From: a virus
Strand: one strand, 5' to 3'
Virus record (IMG/VR): IMGVR_UViG_3300035185_000025
Location: 17,567-81,566 of that record
Length of the DNA stretch: 64,000 nucleotides
In this document: one piece after another, positions 18,951-29,373 of the stretch
Layout of the letters: the number at the start of each line of letters is the position of its first letter
Numbering within the stretch: the stretch's first letter is position 1
Position numbers and translations under genes: made by a program
Notes under the pieces: generated by a model
What the model saw: only the letters and a program-made list of their open reading frames with translations
What the model was told of the DNA's origin: nothing
The model's database searches: none

Positions 18951-19354
18951 CACCAGTCCCCTTCGACGACGCGGCCGCGCATGGCCTCTTGGTTCGACAC
19001 CGGATTGACGAAGGTCCCGAGTTGATCCGCAAGCCGTAGCTGGTACTTGCGGTAGCGCAGCTCCAGCAACTCGTTCGGCCGCTCGTACTCGAACTTTGTC
19101 GAGCCTGACGCGACCACGCCCGACGACATCGTGTCCATCAACTCGTCGAGCTGCTTCTCGGTGCAGTCCAGCCGATCGATCGTGGCGATGACGTCGGGCT
19201 CGGCGATCGGGTCCAGGTTCGCCGCGTTGCTGTCGAGCAGCAGCTTCGCCTGGGTCACGACCGCCGAGCCCAACGAGAGCGCGGTCGGTGTCGTCAGCTG
19301 GGTGTAGCTGAGGTGATACCGAGCGCGCTGGATCGTCCGCTGGGACAGGGCCAT
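18950..19354 (-). CDS. Probable head-tail adaptor
   Basis: RARYHLSY N-terminus, helical, 134 aa. Confidence 0.5.
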   Translation of the reverse strand: MALSQRTIQRARYHLSYTQLTTPTALSLGSAVVTQAKLLLDSNAANLDPIAEPDVIATIDRLDCTEKQLDELMDTMSSGVVASGSTKFEYERPNELLELRYRKYQLRLADQLGTFVNPVSNQEAMRGRVVEGDW

Positions 19355-19358
19355 GGGA

Positions 19359-19790
19359 TCACGCCGCCCGTGCGACCTGCAGCTTGCGGCCGCGGATCAT
19401 CGACAGCATGGTCGCGGTCGTCGAGAACCGCTGGCGGGGCTCGAACACCTCGCCGGGACCGAGCCCGGACGCCCGGTGATGGCTGAGGCTGACGAGCTTG
19501 GCGAGCGGCTGCTCCTCGAGCAGCTTGGCGACCTCCTCGACGCTGAGCGGGACCTGTGCCCGGGAGCGAAGCGCGGGAACGTCGACGCGCAGTTCCTCGA
19601 GCGCGGTCTCGATCCGGGTCATCTGCGCCGTGAGCTCGAGCATCGCGGCACGCGGATCCAGATCCGCGATCGCGGCCTGAGTCGCGGCGCCGGTAGCCCG
19701 GAGCTCGGTCAGAGAGGTCTCGATCTTGTCGAGCCGAGACTCGACGCTGGTGGGGCTGGACTCGCCCCGGCGATCTTTTTGGCCGGCCAT
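19359..19790 (-). CDS. Coiled-coil hypothetical late protein
   Basis: SD AAGGAGG. Confidence 0.6.
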   Translation of the reverse strand: MAGQKDRRGESSPTSVESRLDKIETSLTELRATGAATQAAIADLDPRAAMLELTAQMTRIETALEELRVDVPALRSRAQVPLSVEEVAKLLEEQPLAKLVSLSHHRASGLGPGEVFEPRQRFSTTATMLSMIRGRKLQVARAA

Positions 19791-19794
19791 CGGA

Positions 19795-20037
19795 TCAGCC
19801 CTCCTTGGGGTCCGAGTGGTACATGAGCGGCGTCATCGCGACCTTCTGGTCGCCGGCCGCCTTCGCGGTGAAGACCGCGCCGTTCTGGTACTCGGCGGAC
19901 TCGGGGCCCGCGGGAAAGCTGACGAGCCCGGGCGGGGTCAGTTGCCCGGCGCCGGTCTTCGACTTGGTGAAGGAGTTGGTGGTGCCGCTGCCCTCGATGC
20001 CCCGGGAGCCGTCGGTCATGTAGCTGGGCTTCTTCAT
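19795..20037 (-). CDS. Hypothetical late protein
   Basis: TACGCT-N6-ATG. Confidence 0.6.
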   Translation of the reverse strand: MKKPSYMTDGSRGIEGSGTTNSFTKSKTGAGQLTPPGLVSFPAGPESAEYQNGAVFTAKAAGDQKVAMTPLMYHSDPKEG

Positions 20038-20179
20038 GCGGACAGCGTACCAGAAAAGTGGGGGCCGGGCGCTTGGCTGTCCGAGCCGCCACGCCCGACC
20101 CCCGTCTGACGATTGCCAGCCGCGCAGACGGTACCACAGCGGGCGGGAAGCGGGCGGGCGCGTGATCGGTAGTGCGGGC

Positions 20180-20497
20180 ATGACCAATCAAGAATTCTGC
20201 TACTGGCTGCAGGGCTTCTTCGAACTGCGCGCCGAAAACGATGCGCTAACTGCGACGCAGGTTGAGTGCATCCGCCGCCACACCGACCTCGTCAAAGAGA
20301 GCCTCGGCAAGCCTGGCCCGGCGGTGCTCGCCATTCGGGCCCTGCTTCCCTACGCAGAGCGGAGCGATGACATCACTCGCGCCGTGCAGTCCATCCTCTC
20401 CGATGTATTCGAGCACGTCATCGACCCGCAAGCTGGCGAAGCGTCCCCGCACCTCAGCCACGTTCACAACCCGGGCGGGCCACTCACCCGCTGCTAG
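20180..20497 (+). CDS. Phage hypothetical protein (FCYWLQGFFE type)
   Basis: Class B promoter at 20145-20172. Confidence 0.7.
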   Translation: MTNQEFCYWLQGFFELRAENDALTATQVECIRRHTDLVKESLGKPGPAVLAIRALLPYAERSDDITRAVQSILSDVFEHVIDPQAGEASPHLSHVHNPGGPLTRC

Positions 20498-20506
20498 GAG
20501 CAAGCC

Positions 20507-20794
20507 GTGACCGCCATCCCCAGCACCTACAAGGACGCGACCAAGCTCAGCGCCAACGCCCGAGCAGCGCTCGCCGCCGCCAGGCTCGTGTGGGACGGGC
20601 TGCCCAAGGGCCCAAGGGCCGCGCTCTCAGAAGCTGTCCGTTATGCGCACGGGAGGTTCCTCGATACCGGTCGCCGCCGAGACATCCAACGACTCCATGA
20701 CGAAGGTATCGCCATCGGCGCAAGGGTGACGCCGCTCGGCGAGTTGGTCCGCGAGGCCGGCACGCGCACCAAGATCGAGGTGTCCGGTGGCTGA
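20507..20794 (+). CDS. Hypothetical protein
   Basis: SD AGGAG. Confidence 0.6.
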   Translation: MTAIPSTYKDATKLSANARAALAAARLVWDGLPKGPRAALSEAVRYAHGRFLDTGRRRDIQRLHDEGIAIGARVTPLGELVREAGTRTKIEVSGG

Positions 20795-21500
20795 GCGCCC
20801 GATCCTGTTCAGCGGCCCGCTCGTGCGGTCGATCCTCGACGGTCGCAAGACCGAGACCCGGCGGCTGGTCACGAAGGGCACGAGCCAGGTCAGCGACGTC
20901 GTCGGCGAGCAGGCTCCCTGGTGCGGTCTCGCCGATGCGTCCCGCGCTGGCACATCGATCTTGTTGGTCGGATCTGGTGTTGACGGTCACTTCATCGACT
21001 GCCGCATCCAGCCAGGCGACGCGCTCTGGGTGCGTGAGTCGTGGCAGCCGATCGGCGGAAACATCTACGGACCAGCGGGTGTGATGGTTCGCTACTCGGC
21101 CGACGGTCATCCGCGCGACTGTACGGGGACGTCCGACGCGTGGCGAGTGGCGCGCATGAAGAAGTACGGCCTGCACTGGACACGCGTCGGCGGTCAGCAC
21201 AAGGGGGAGTGGCCCTCGATCCACATGCCGCGGTGGGCCTCTCGGATCAGCCTGCGGGTGACCGACGTCCGGGCCGAGCGGGTGCAGGAGATCACCGGAG
21301 CGAGCGCTCAAGCAGAAGGCGTCTCGCTGCCTGACCCCGGTCGAACTGTGGTCATGCCGCGTTCCGCCATAGACGATCTATATGTCGGAAAATTTGAGGA
21401 GCTATGGGACCAGATCAACGGCAAGCGCGACGGCGCTGCGTGGGCCGATGATCCCTGGGTCTGGGTGATCAAGTTCGAGGTCGCCGAGGTGAAGCGATGA
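20787..21500 (+). CDS. ASCH/PUA-like phage protein
   Basis: ERPILFSGPLVRSILDGRKTETRR...PSIHMPRWASRI...PWVWVIKF. Confidence 0.8.
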   Translation: MAERPILFSGPLVRSILDGRKTETRRLVTKGTSQVSDVVGEQAPWCGLADASRAGTSILLVGSGVDGHFIDCRIQPGDALWVRESWQPIGGNIYGPAGVMVRYSADGHPRDCTGTSDAWRVARMKKYGLHWTRVGGQHKGEWPSIHMPRWASRISLRVTDVRAERVQEITGASAQAEGVSLPDPGRTVVMPRSAIDDLYVGKFEELWDQINGKRDGAAWADDPWVWVIKFEVAEVKR

Positions 21501-21842
21501 CGCGCCCGCTCGCCGACAGGCTCAACCCGCCGCCACGGCCAGCGGCTCCACGAGCGAACCGCGAACGCAAGGCTCGTGACCGCGGCGAGGCGATCGAGCC
21601 ACGTCCGGCAACGCTCCGAGCGATCGAGGAGATCTCGACATTCAAGACCGTCGCGGACATGCTCGCGTCGGACCACGCGTCGAGCGGACCGCGCTGGTGG
21701 GACTGCAAGGCAGGCGCCGAGTGACCGTCCTGCGAGCGATCATCGGGCTCGTGCTCGGCTGCGCTTCGTTCGGCGTCGTCATGCTGCTCGTTGCGGCGGC
21801 AGTCGTTGTCGGCCGGATCCTCGAGATCGTCTCGGTGATCCC

Positions 21843-23465
21843 GTGAAGCTCCGCGACTACCAGCGCGAGGCCAAGCGCGAGTGCTTGCGCGCGCTCGAGC
21901 ACAACCGCAGCGCGCTCGTCGCGATGCCGACCGGGTCCGGCAAGACCGTCACGTTCGCCGACCTCGTCAGGACAGGAGTCGAGCACGGCAGGCGGATCCT
22001 CGTGCTCGCTCACCGCGAGGAACTGCTCGACCAGGCCGCCGAGAAGATCGCTCTCGTCGCTGGCTGTCCAGTTGTGATCGAGCAGGGCTCGCGCAAGCAG
22101 GCCGGCGCGGATGACCACGTCGTGATCGCCAGCGTTTTCTCGATGATCAAGCGGCTCGACAGGTTCGGCGCCGACCGGTTCGATCTCGTTATCGTGGACG
22201 AATCGCACCGCGCGCTGGCCCAGACCTATCGAGACCTGCTCGACCACTTCGCCGGGGCGAAGGTCCTGGGCTTCACGGCGACTCCGAACCGAGGCGACGA
22301 GAAGGCGCTCGCGCAGGTATTCGACACCGTCGCCTACGACATGACGATCGGCGACGCGATCGGCCTCGGCTGGCTCGTCCCGATCAGGTCGCGGTCGATC
22401 AAGCTGCGGTCTCTCGATCTGTCGAAGGTGCGCAAGCGCCAGGGCGAGCTCGCGGCCGGGGAGCTCGGCACGGTCATGTCCGAGATCGCCGTGCTGCGCG
22501 AGGCGATCGTGCCTGCCGTCGAGATTGCCGGGGAGCTGCAGGCGATCGTGTTCACCGTCACACGGGCGCACATGCACTGCGTGGCGGAGACGATTCGGCG
22601 CGTCTCCGAGGAGCGCGCGCTCGAGTTGCCGATCGCGTGCGTCGACGGGACCACGCCGAAGGACGAGCGCCGCCGGATCATGGCGGACTTCCGGGCCCGC
22701 AAGATCCGCTGGCTGATCAACGTCGAGGTCGCGACCGAGGGATTCGACGCGCCGGCTGTCGAGGCCGTGATCTTTCTGCGGCCGACGCTAAGCCGGGCGC
22801 TGTACCTGCAGATGGGCGGGCGCGGGACTCGTCCGCTGCCTGGCGTCGTGGACGGGCTCGGCTCGCCTGACGAGCGCAGGGCCGCGATCGCGGCGTCGAC
22901 CAAGCCGCATTGCCTGTGGCTCGACTTCACCGACAACACCTCGCGGCACGACCTCGCCTCGCCGATGGACCTGCTCGGCGGTGACTACGATCTGCCCGAG
23001 CAGCGTGAGGCTGAGCGCCTGCTCGCGGCGGGCAAGGCTGACGATCTGCTCACCGCGCTCGAGATGGCGCGCGCCGCCCGAGCCGCGGTGCTCGTCGAAG
23101 CCTGCGCGCGGGCCGGGGATCCGCTCGCGCTGTTCGGGATCACGTGCTCGAAGGACCGCTGGTCCAGGCCGGCGACGCCGAAGCAGCTTGCGGCGCTCGG
23201 GCCCATGCCGCGGCGCCTCGACTTCCGCGAGTCAAACGCCGTGCTCGCAGAGATCGGCAGGCGAAAGCGCGAGGGCCTGGCGCTCTACGAGCAGCTCGCC
23301 GTGCTCGCGCGGCCGAAGATCCGCCACGAGATCGAGCCGCTACGGACGATGTCGCGGCGCGATGCTTCGTCGCTCGTGCGGACGCTGGCGGATCGGTACT
23401 GGCTCGCCGACTGCGGGTGGGAGCGGATCTACGACCTGGCCGGGCTCGTGCCGCCGGGAAGCTGA
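21843..23465 (+). CDS. SF2 DExH-box helicase
   Basis: LRDYQ, PTGSGKT, DESH, TATP, TEGFD, QMGGRGTR. Confidence 0.92.
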   Translation: MKLRDYQREAKRECLRALEHNRSALVAMPTGSGKTVTFADLVRTGVEHGRRILVLAHREELLDQAAEKIALVAGCPVVIEQGSRKQAGADDHVVIASVFSMIKRLDRFGADRFDLVIVDESHRALAQTYRDLLDHFAGAKVLGFTATPNRGDEKALAQVFDTVAYDMTIGDAIGLGWLVPIRSRSIKLRSLDLSKVRKRQGELAAGELGTVMSEIAVLREAIVPAVEIAGELQAIVFTVTRAHMHCVAETIRRVSEERALELPIACVDGTTPKDERRRIMADFRARKIRWLINVEVATEGFDAPAVEAVIFLRPTLSRALYLQMGGRGTRPLPGVVDGLGSPDERRAAIAASTKPHCLWLDFTDNTSRHDLASPMDLLGGDYDLPEQREAERLLAAGKADDLLTALEMARAARAAVLVEACARAGDPLALFGITCSKDRWSRPATPKQLAALGPMPRRLDFRESNAVLAEIGRRKREGLALYEQLAVLARPKIRHEIEPLRTMSRRDASSLVRTLADRYWLADCGWERIYDLAGLVPPGS

Positions 23466-23490
23466 CGGCGGCGCGGGCGGTAGCCATCGC

Positions 23491-24126
23491 ATGGAACACG
23501 ACCTCGAACCGTCGGCCACCGTCACCATCACCCTGACGAGCTTTGGCAGGCATATCGTCGCCAAGCACTACAGCAGCCCCGAGTGGGACGCAGATCCTCG
23601 ACGCGACGGGTTGCGGTCTCAGAAGATCCACATGCCTCTGTGGGAGGCGTTCGCCGTTTTCGGACCGCACATCAAGGGCAGCAACGCGTTGCCAGTGGCC
23701 TACCTGTCGGTCCCGTTGCCGGAGGACCCGCTCGTCGATGGGTTGCGGGTAGAAAACACGTCGCTTGCGCTGGACGCAAAGCGTCGGCTCCGGCTGCTCA
23801 GGATGCTCGGCAAGGACATCGGGCTCGGCGACCTCGACTACTGCTCGCCGGAGGATGTCGAGCGGCGCGTCGAGGGCTACGTCGAAGCGCAGATCCCTCG
23901 CATCCCAACTGCCAGCGGACTCTGGTTCTACGGCGACCGCGTCGTCGAGGTCCTCGACATCGAGCCTGGCTCCGGCGCCGACGGGTTGTTCGTCAAGCTG
24001 CGCAACGGCAGGCGCAAGCGCGTCGACCAGATGAACGCGAACCTCTGGCTCGGGCCGGCGAGGGTCGACCACCGGATCCCGAAGCTCGAAGCGGACGCGG
24101 ACAACGACGAGGACATCCCGTTCTGA
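23491..24126 (+). CDS. Hypothetical protein with acidic DEDIPF tail
   Basis: Class B promoter at 23456-23483. Confidence 0.65.
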   Translation: MEHDLEPSATVTITLTSFGRHIVAKHYSSPEWDADPRRDGLRSQKIHMPLWEAFAVFGPHIKGSNALPVAYLSVPLPEDPLVDGLRVENTSLALDAKRRLRLLRMLGKDIGLGDLDYCSPEDVERRVEGYVEAQIPRIPTASGLWFYGDRVVEVLDIEPGSGADGLFVKLRNGRRKRVDQMNANLWLGPARVDHRIPKLEADADNDEDIPF

Positions 24127-24464
24127 TGAGCCTGCGCGCCGACGAGACGATCGCCGTGCTGGTCTACGACGGCACGGTGATCTCCGCGCACATGCGAGGA
24201 CGGCACCGAGACGGCAAGCCCGTCGTCGCGTTCGGCCGCCGCTGGCGAGTCGTGCAGATCAAGCCGACCGACGGCGCGCGCCTCGTCGAACTGCGGGCTG
24301 AGCCGAGCGAGCGGCCGCTCATGTGCTCGGCGTGCGGGTCCTTCGACGTCGATCAGCCCGACATCGGCGGCGCGTTCGAGTGCTCGGAGTGCCCGCGTCG
24401 TGGGCCCGGCAACGGCGTGCTGCTGTGACGGGAAGCGCCCGGGCTCGGGCGAGGTAGATCCGGC

Positions 24465-24767
24465 ATGAGCACGAAGCCAGACCCGGCCACCGTCAGTGCA
24501 GAGTCACCCAAGGGCCGCGAACGCATCGCGCGGATCCACACAAGGATCGATTTCCTCGGGACGTGCGATGGCTACATCGCCAAGGCCGAGGCGTCGGCAC
24601 TTCGATGGGCGCTCGCTCGGCTCGACTTCCTCGAGAACCGCGCGCCGAAGATCTCGCAGGCCGCCGCCGCTGACATCATCGAGGCTTGGCGCGTCGACTC
24701 GGTCGAGGACCACAACGGCCGGCCGGTGCTCGACGGGCTCGACCTCGACGCGCTGGGGATCGGCTGA
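24465..24767 (+). CDS. Hypothetical protein
   Basis: Class B promoter at 24430-24457. Confidence 0.65.
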   Translation: MSTKPDPATVSAESPKGRERIARIHTRIDFLGTCDGYIAKAEASALRWALARLDFLENRAPKISQAAAADIIEAWRVDSVEDHNGRPVLDGLDLDALGIG

Positions 24768-25395
24768 TGGACGCGCAGGCCCGCGCGCGGATCGAACTAG
24801 CGCTGGAAACCGACCGCGACCATGCGGTAAAAGTGGAGAGCCCCAGCAGTGTCAGCTGCCGAGGCTCGGACCGGCACGCGGCCGGATCGACAACCCGAGG
24901 AAGGAAGGGCCGCCGTGCCCGAAGAACATAGCCCCGCGCAGGCTCACCGCGCAACACCAACCGGCGATCTGGAGCCGGTGAATCCTCTGCTTCCTTGCGG
25001 GCACCGCAAGCTTGCAGGATGCTCTGGATGCGAACCGTCGCCTCACGACCCGGCGACAGCAGAGGCGCTGCTTGAGGCGGGATTCTCCAACGACGCCGAC
25101 CTCGGGCTCGCCGTTCGCCTGTTGGTCACCGAGATCGGGATGACCGATTTCTATATCGGATGGGTCTGGGAGATCGTGTTTGGCCATCGAGCGATGCCGA
25201 CGAAGGCCGAGAGCTTCTCGGTTGGCCCGCGCCGGACAGCGCTCAAGCGCATCGCCGCCATGTGCTCGCGCGTCGAGTGGCCCTGGCAGAAAGATCTCCC
25301 AGAAGGCGTGGAGGTCGCCGTGAGTGACAGGTCAAACCGACGCTGTCCTCACCTTGTGTTCCACAACCTGCTCGGGTGGCGAGGCGGTGGGGTTC

Positions 25396-26451
25396 ATGAC
25401 TAGGCCAGATTGGTGCCCGACGATGCCGCCGTGGGTCCGCCGGATCCCAGTCGGACGCGGGCGAGATCTCAACGTGACCGCCAGGACCGTGATCGAAGGG
25501 CTGTGGTTTTGCGCGCCCGTCTCACGTAGCGGCGCGATGTTCTCCGGCCCTGTCGATCTCGGCCGGTGGACACCATCTGCGTCCGAGCTTGCGGAGGCAA
25601 ACGGGCTCAGCCAGGTCAGCGCAAAGAAGGGTTTGGCGCTTGCGATCTCTGTGGGCTGGGTTACGCGACGAGGCCGATCGCTCGTGCTCGCGTGGGAGTC
25701 GCCAGGCAACTTCGGTGATCTTGCGAGGATCCTCGAGGATCCTCTCAAGGATCCTCTGGGATCCGACGGATCCTCGAGGATCCGGATCCTCGAGGATCCG
25801 TCGGAGGATCCTCGGGTAACCGGCCTCGGATCCTCGGGTAACCGGCCTCGGATCCTCGAGGATCCTTCCATTTTAACTACCCCGCTACCCCAAGCTACCC
25901 CACTACCCCAAACGCGCGAGACGTCGATCTCTGGTGAGCAGTTCGCGCTGATCCCACAGGTGCCCGATCCGGAGCGTGACGCGATCACCGACGCGAAGCT
26001 CCGCGCCTGGTGGGCGGAGATCTTCGTGCCGCTCCGGGCCTCGACCCTCGACGCCTACCGGCCGGGAACCGCGCAACCGATCGCCTGCTCGCCCTCGCGG
26101 CTCAAGGCGATCCGTGCGAGGCTCGTCGAGACATGCCCCGACGAGACCTGGACCGAGCAGCGCGCGCGCCTGACCCACGTGGTTCGAAACGCAGCCGCAC
26201 GAGTCCACGAGCACGCGGGGGCCGAGACCTCGTGGGGCTGGAGTTCGCTCGACGCGATCCAGCCGAAGCACTGGACCGCCGAGAAGAACTTCACGCGGTA
26301 CTACGAGGCTCCGCCGTCTGACCAAGCCGCCGGGAAGCAAGCGCCAGACGTCGAAGTCATCGGTGGCGTGGTCCAATACCCACGAGCAGACGGCACCGAC
26401 TGGGGCACCGCGACGGCCTACGGGGATCCGGCCCGGAGGCGTCCTCGATGA
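25396..26451 (+). CDS. Replication initiator (lambda O-like architecture)
   Basis: N-terminal wHTH (PSASELAEANGLS...VGWV), repetitive linker, directly upstream of DnaB. Confidence 0.7.
   Translation: MTRPDWCPTMPPWVRRIPVGRGRDLNVTARTVIEGLWFCAPVSRSGAMFSGPVDLGRWTPSASELAEANGLSQVSAKKGLALAISVGWVTRRGRSLVLAWESPGNFGDLARILEDPLKDPLGSDGSSRIRILEDPSEDPRVTGLGSSGNRPRILEDPSILTTPLPQATPLPQTRETSISGEQFALIPQVPDPERDAITDAKLRAWWAEIFVPLRASTLDAYRPGTAQPIACSPSRLKAIRARLVETCPDETWTEQRARLTHVVRNAAARVHEHAGAETSWGWSSLDAIQPKHWTAEKNFTRYYEAPPSDQAAGKQAPDVEVIGGVVQYPRADGTDWGTATAYGDPARRRPR
25725..25912. repeat. Iteron-like GGATCC/CTCGAG cluster, probable replication origin
   Basis: 12 GGATCC in 25727-25865; 44-bp palindrome 25762-25805; 22-bp tandem repeat 25806-25849; then ATTTTAA and CTACCCC repeats. 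Confidence 0.75.
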
Positions 26452-27971
26452 GCGACCAAGGTCTCCCCAACAACCCTGCGGCCGAGCTCGCCTGCATCGC
26501 GGCGATCTACGCTCGAGGGATCCCAGGTCTCGACACGGTGGTCGCCGAGGTGCGCGACGCCGAGGCGTTCTTCGTGCCCCGCAACCGGGCGCTGTTCGCC
26601 GCCATGCTGGCCTGCGCAGACGCGGCCGAGCCGATCGCCGACCAACAGATCTTGAGCGAGCTTCGGCGCCTCGGTGAGTTCGATCGAGTTGGCGGCGAGT
26701 CGGCGATCGCCTACATGCGATCGGGGATCACGACGAGGACCGAGGACGCGGCGAGGGCCGTGCGTCGCGACTACCTCCGGCGGCAGTTGTTCACGCAGCT
26801 TCGCGAGGTCTCGGAGCTGCCGCTGCGGAGCGACAACGTCGGCGAGTCGATCGCCGCCGTGCGTCAGGTGCTCGACAGGCTCGAGCGCGACCAGGCGCAG
26901 CTCCGGGTGTCGATCCGAGAGGCCGTCGCGGAGACGCGCACGGAGCTCTACGCGGACCCATCGGAGGCGACTGGGCATGTACCCATCGGCTTCGACTCCG
27001 TCGACTCCTACGCCGGCGTGAGCGAGCCTGGGGACCTCGTGATCCTGGCCGGCGAGTCGGGCACCGGGAAGACGGCGGCGCTGCTGTCGTGGATCCGAAA
27101 CGGCGTGCTCTCGTGGAACCGCGAGTCGGAGCGGTACCGACCTCGACAGATCCAGATCCCGGCGCTCATGTTCTCGGGCGAGATGCTTCTCCCGAAGCTC
27201 GTGCGGCGATGGTTGTCCGACATGGCGCAGATCGACGGCCGCGATCTGCGAGGTCGTCTCGACGCTGGCTGGCTCGAGTCTCGACGCGACGGCAAGACGC
27301 ACCGGCAGATCGTGGAGCGCGAGCTCGACCTGCTCGCCGCCTGCGAGATCGAACTGACCAGGCCGGAGGCTTCGACCGAGATCGACGGGATCGCTGCGAT
27401 CTCCAGGGCGTGGCGCGCGACGAAGGTGGCGAAGTACGGCGCGAGCTCACCGGGTTTGATCGGCGTCGACTTCTTGCAGCTCGTAGAGCCGCCGTCCGGC
27501 CTGCCGCGCAACGCTCGGAGCGACGAGCGCGAGGAGGCGAAGGCGAAGTCGCTCAAGCGGCTTGCGATGTCGACGGGCACGGTGGTCACGGCGCTCTCGC
27601 AGCTCACGGTTCCGACTGGCCGAGAAGGCGAGCGCCCGAAGGTATCGTGGCTGCGCGGGAGCAAGGGGATCCGCAACGCCGCGGACAGGATCTACCTGCT
27701 CCACAGGCCGTGGATCCACGACAACAACGTCGACGACCGCGAGGCCGAATACCAGCGCCTTCGTGGGCTGTACAACGAGGGCCGACTCGGCGATCAGGCC
27801 AAGCGCTTCCACGGGCTCGAGCGCGCGCGGCACTACGCCGAGTTGGGGATCGCCAAGGGTCGAGACGGCGCGGCGTTCCGCTGGCTGCCGCTGGACTTCG
27901 CGCCCGAGTACACGCGCTTCCTGGACCGGCGCGGAAGCGACGACTACGCCGGAGGGTACGACGGCCGATGA
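26448..27971 (+). CDS. dnaB: Replicative DNA helicase, DnaB-like
   Basis: GESGTGKT, FSGEM, DFLQL, ALSQL, LRGS, AKGRDG. Confidence 0.9.
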   Translation: MSDQGLPNNPAAELACIAAIYARGIPGLDTVVAEVRDAEAFFVPRNRALFAAMLACADAAEPIADQQILSELRRLGEFDRVGGESAIAYMRSGITTRTEDAARAVRRDYLRRQLFTQLREVSELPLRSDNVGESIAAVRQVLDRLERDQAQLRVSIREAVAETRTELYADPSEATGHVPIGFDSVDSYAGVSEPGDLVILAGESGTGKTAALLSWIRNGVLSWNRESERYRPRQIQIPALMFSGEMLLPKLVRRWLSDMAQIDGRDLRGRLDAGWLESRRDGKTHRQIVERELDLLAACEIELTRPEASTEIDGIAAISRAWRATKVAKYGASSPGLIGVDFLQLVEPPSGLPRNARSDEREEAKAKSLKRLAMSTGTVVTALSQLTVPTGREGERPKVSWLRGSKGIRNAADRIYLLHRPWIHDNNVDDREAEYQRLRGLYNEGRLGDQAKRFHGLERARHYAELGIAKGRDGAAFRWLPLDFAPEYTRFLDRRGSDDYAGGYDGR

Positions 27972-28369
27972 CCACCGCGACCGCGCCGCCGGCCGAGCTT
28001 CGGGCGCGTGCCCTGATGGAGCTGTGCGCCGACTTCATCGAGCGGGCCGAGGCCAAGGCGAGGTCCGGCGACGGCGACGATGATCGGCGGCTGAGCTTCC
28101 TCGTGGCCCTCGACGAGCTTCGGCGCGTCGCGGAGCGTCGCCCGCTACGACAGGCACCTCCAGGCGCCAACCACCGACACGCTGCCGTGGACAAGTTCGC
28201 CCGGATGGCCAGGGCGTCGCTCGACTCCGTCGCCGAGCGCACCCGAGAGCTCGAATGGAGGCACGCGGCGCTCGAGCTGGATCTCGCCAGGACATCGTCT
28301 GTGCTCGAACGCCGCATCCGGGACCACCGTCGGGCTCGACGCCTGCTGAGGGCAGGATCCACGTCTTGA
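27968..28369 (+). CDS. Hypothetical protein
   Basis: ATGA overlap with dnaB. Confidence 0.55.
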   Translation: MTTATAPPAELRARALMELCADFIERAEAKARSGDGDDDRRLSFLVALDELRRVAERRPLRQAPPGANHRHAAVDKFARMARASLDSVAERTRELEWRHAALELDLARTSSVLERRIRDHRRARRLLRAGSTS

Positions 28370-28405
28370 AATCTTCTACGACTCGCGCAACCCTACGGGT
28401 GCGCC

Positions 28406-28678
28406 ATGCCGACCCGCCTCACCAGCACCAAGCTTGCGACCGTCGGACGACGGTGGTCGACGGCCGTCCGAACGGAACTCGGTCGGCAGAGCAAGACGCT
28501 CACCGATGTCGCCAAGTCTGCCGGAGTCACGCGCCAATACCTGGGCCGCGTGCTCGACGGTCGGACACCCACCCTACCCGTCGAGACCTACCTCGCTGTC
28601 TGCAAGGCGCTCTCGATCGACCCTAACCGCTACGCCAAGATCGACAGGAGTACACCGCCATGGGAGTCATCCAAATGA
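28406..28678 (+). CDS. Cro/XRE HTH regulator
   Basis: TLTDVAKSAGVTRQYLGRVLDG. Confidence 0.8.
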   Translation: MPTRLTSTKLATVGRRWSTAVRTELGRQSKTLTDVAKSAGVTRQYLGRVLDGRTPTLPVETYLAVCKALSIDPNRYAKIDRSTPPWESSK

Positions 28679-29334
28679 GCCGCCAGAATTCCAACCCCGA
28701 CCCAGACGACCCGCAGTTCGTGAAGGCCCGCGCCTTCGATGTGATCTCCGCCCTCGCCTCCGCGCGCGCGCGCCTCGAGAAGCAGAAGGCCGACGCGCTC
28801 GCCAAGTGGACGAAGCTCCTCAGCGACAAGACCAAGCAGTACCGAGAGATCCTGCGCGACCCTGACCACCACAAGGCCGGGCAGAAGGCGAAGGCCGGGT
28901 ACTTCGACAGCGTCGTTGGACTCGTCCAGGAGCGCGACGGGCTCAACGAGGACAAGAAGTCCGACATGGCGGCGCGTAAGGCCAAGATCGCCAAGATCGA
29001 CGAGGCCGACGCCGAAGCCAAGAGCGCGAGCAAGTCAGGCGACGGCGCCCAGATGGCGCTCCTGCAGGACGCGAGCAAGGTCGCCGGCATGCCGTGGGCG
29101 ACCGACGGCACGCTCGGTGTCGTCTACGCGGCGCTGCTGCACCTCGACGAGGCCGGCGCGGATCTCGACGACGACCAGCGCGCGCTGCTTCAGGAGCTCG
29201 CGGAAGTCGACATCGAAGGCGCGGACCTCGGGCTCTCCGCCGAGGAGGCGATCGAGGACGACAGCGAGGTCGAGGCGTTCGAGTCCGAGGACGACGAGGA
29301 GGTCGACCTCGACGACGAGACGTTGCCGTTCTGA
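28675..29334 (+). CDS. Hypothetical protein with acidic tail ending LPF
   Basis: ORF with SD; D/E-rich C-terminus. Confidence 0.7.
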   Translation: MSRQNSNPDPDDPQFVKARAFDVISALASARARLEKQKADALAKWTKLLSDKTKQYREILRDPDHHKAGQKAKAGYFDSVVGLVQERDGLNEDKKSDMAARKAKIAKIDEADAEAKSASKSGDGAQMALLQDASKVAGMPWATDGTLGVVYAALLHLDEAGADLDDDQRALLQELAEVDIEGADLGLSAEEAIEDDSEVEAFESEDDEEVDLDDETLPF

Positions 29335-29373
29335 TCTCGGGAAGCTGACGGCGAGCCCGTTGGTAGAGCGAGC

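Noticed and set aside
25725-25870. BamHI/XhoI-rich stretch as a cloning polylinker or CRISPR array
   Set aside because: It lies in frame within the initiator ORF, has no unique spacers or nearby cas genes, and is dominated by two site types; iterons fit better.
28366-28405. Sigma70 promoter TTGAAA-N17-AACCCT before the Cro-like gene
   Set aside because: Poor -10 match and a single instance; not supportable by eye.
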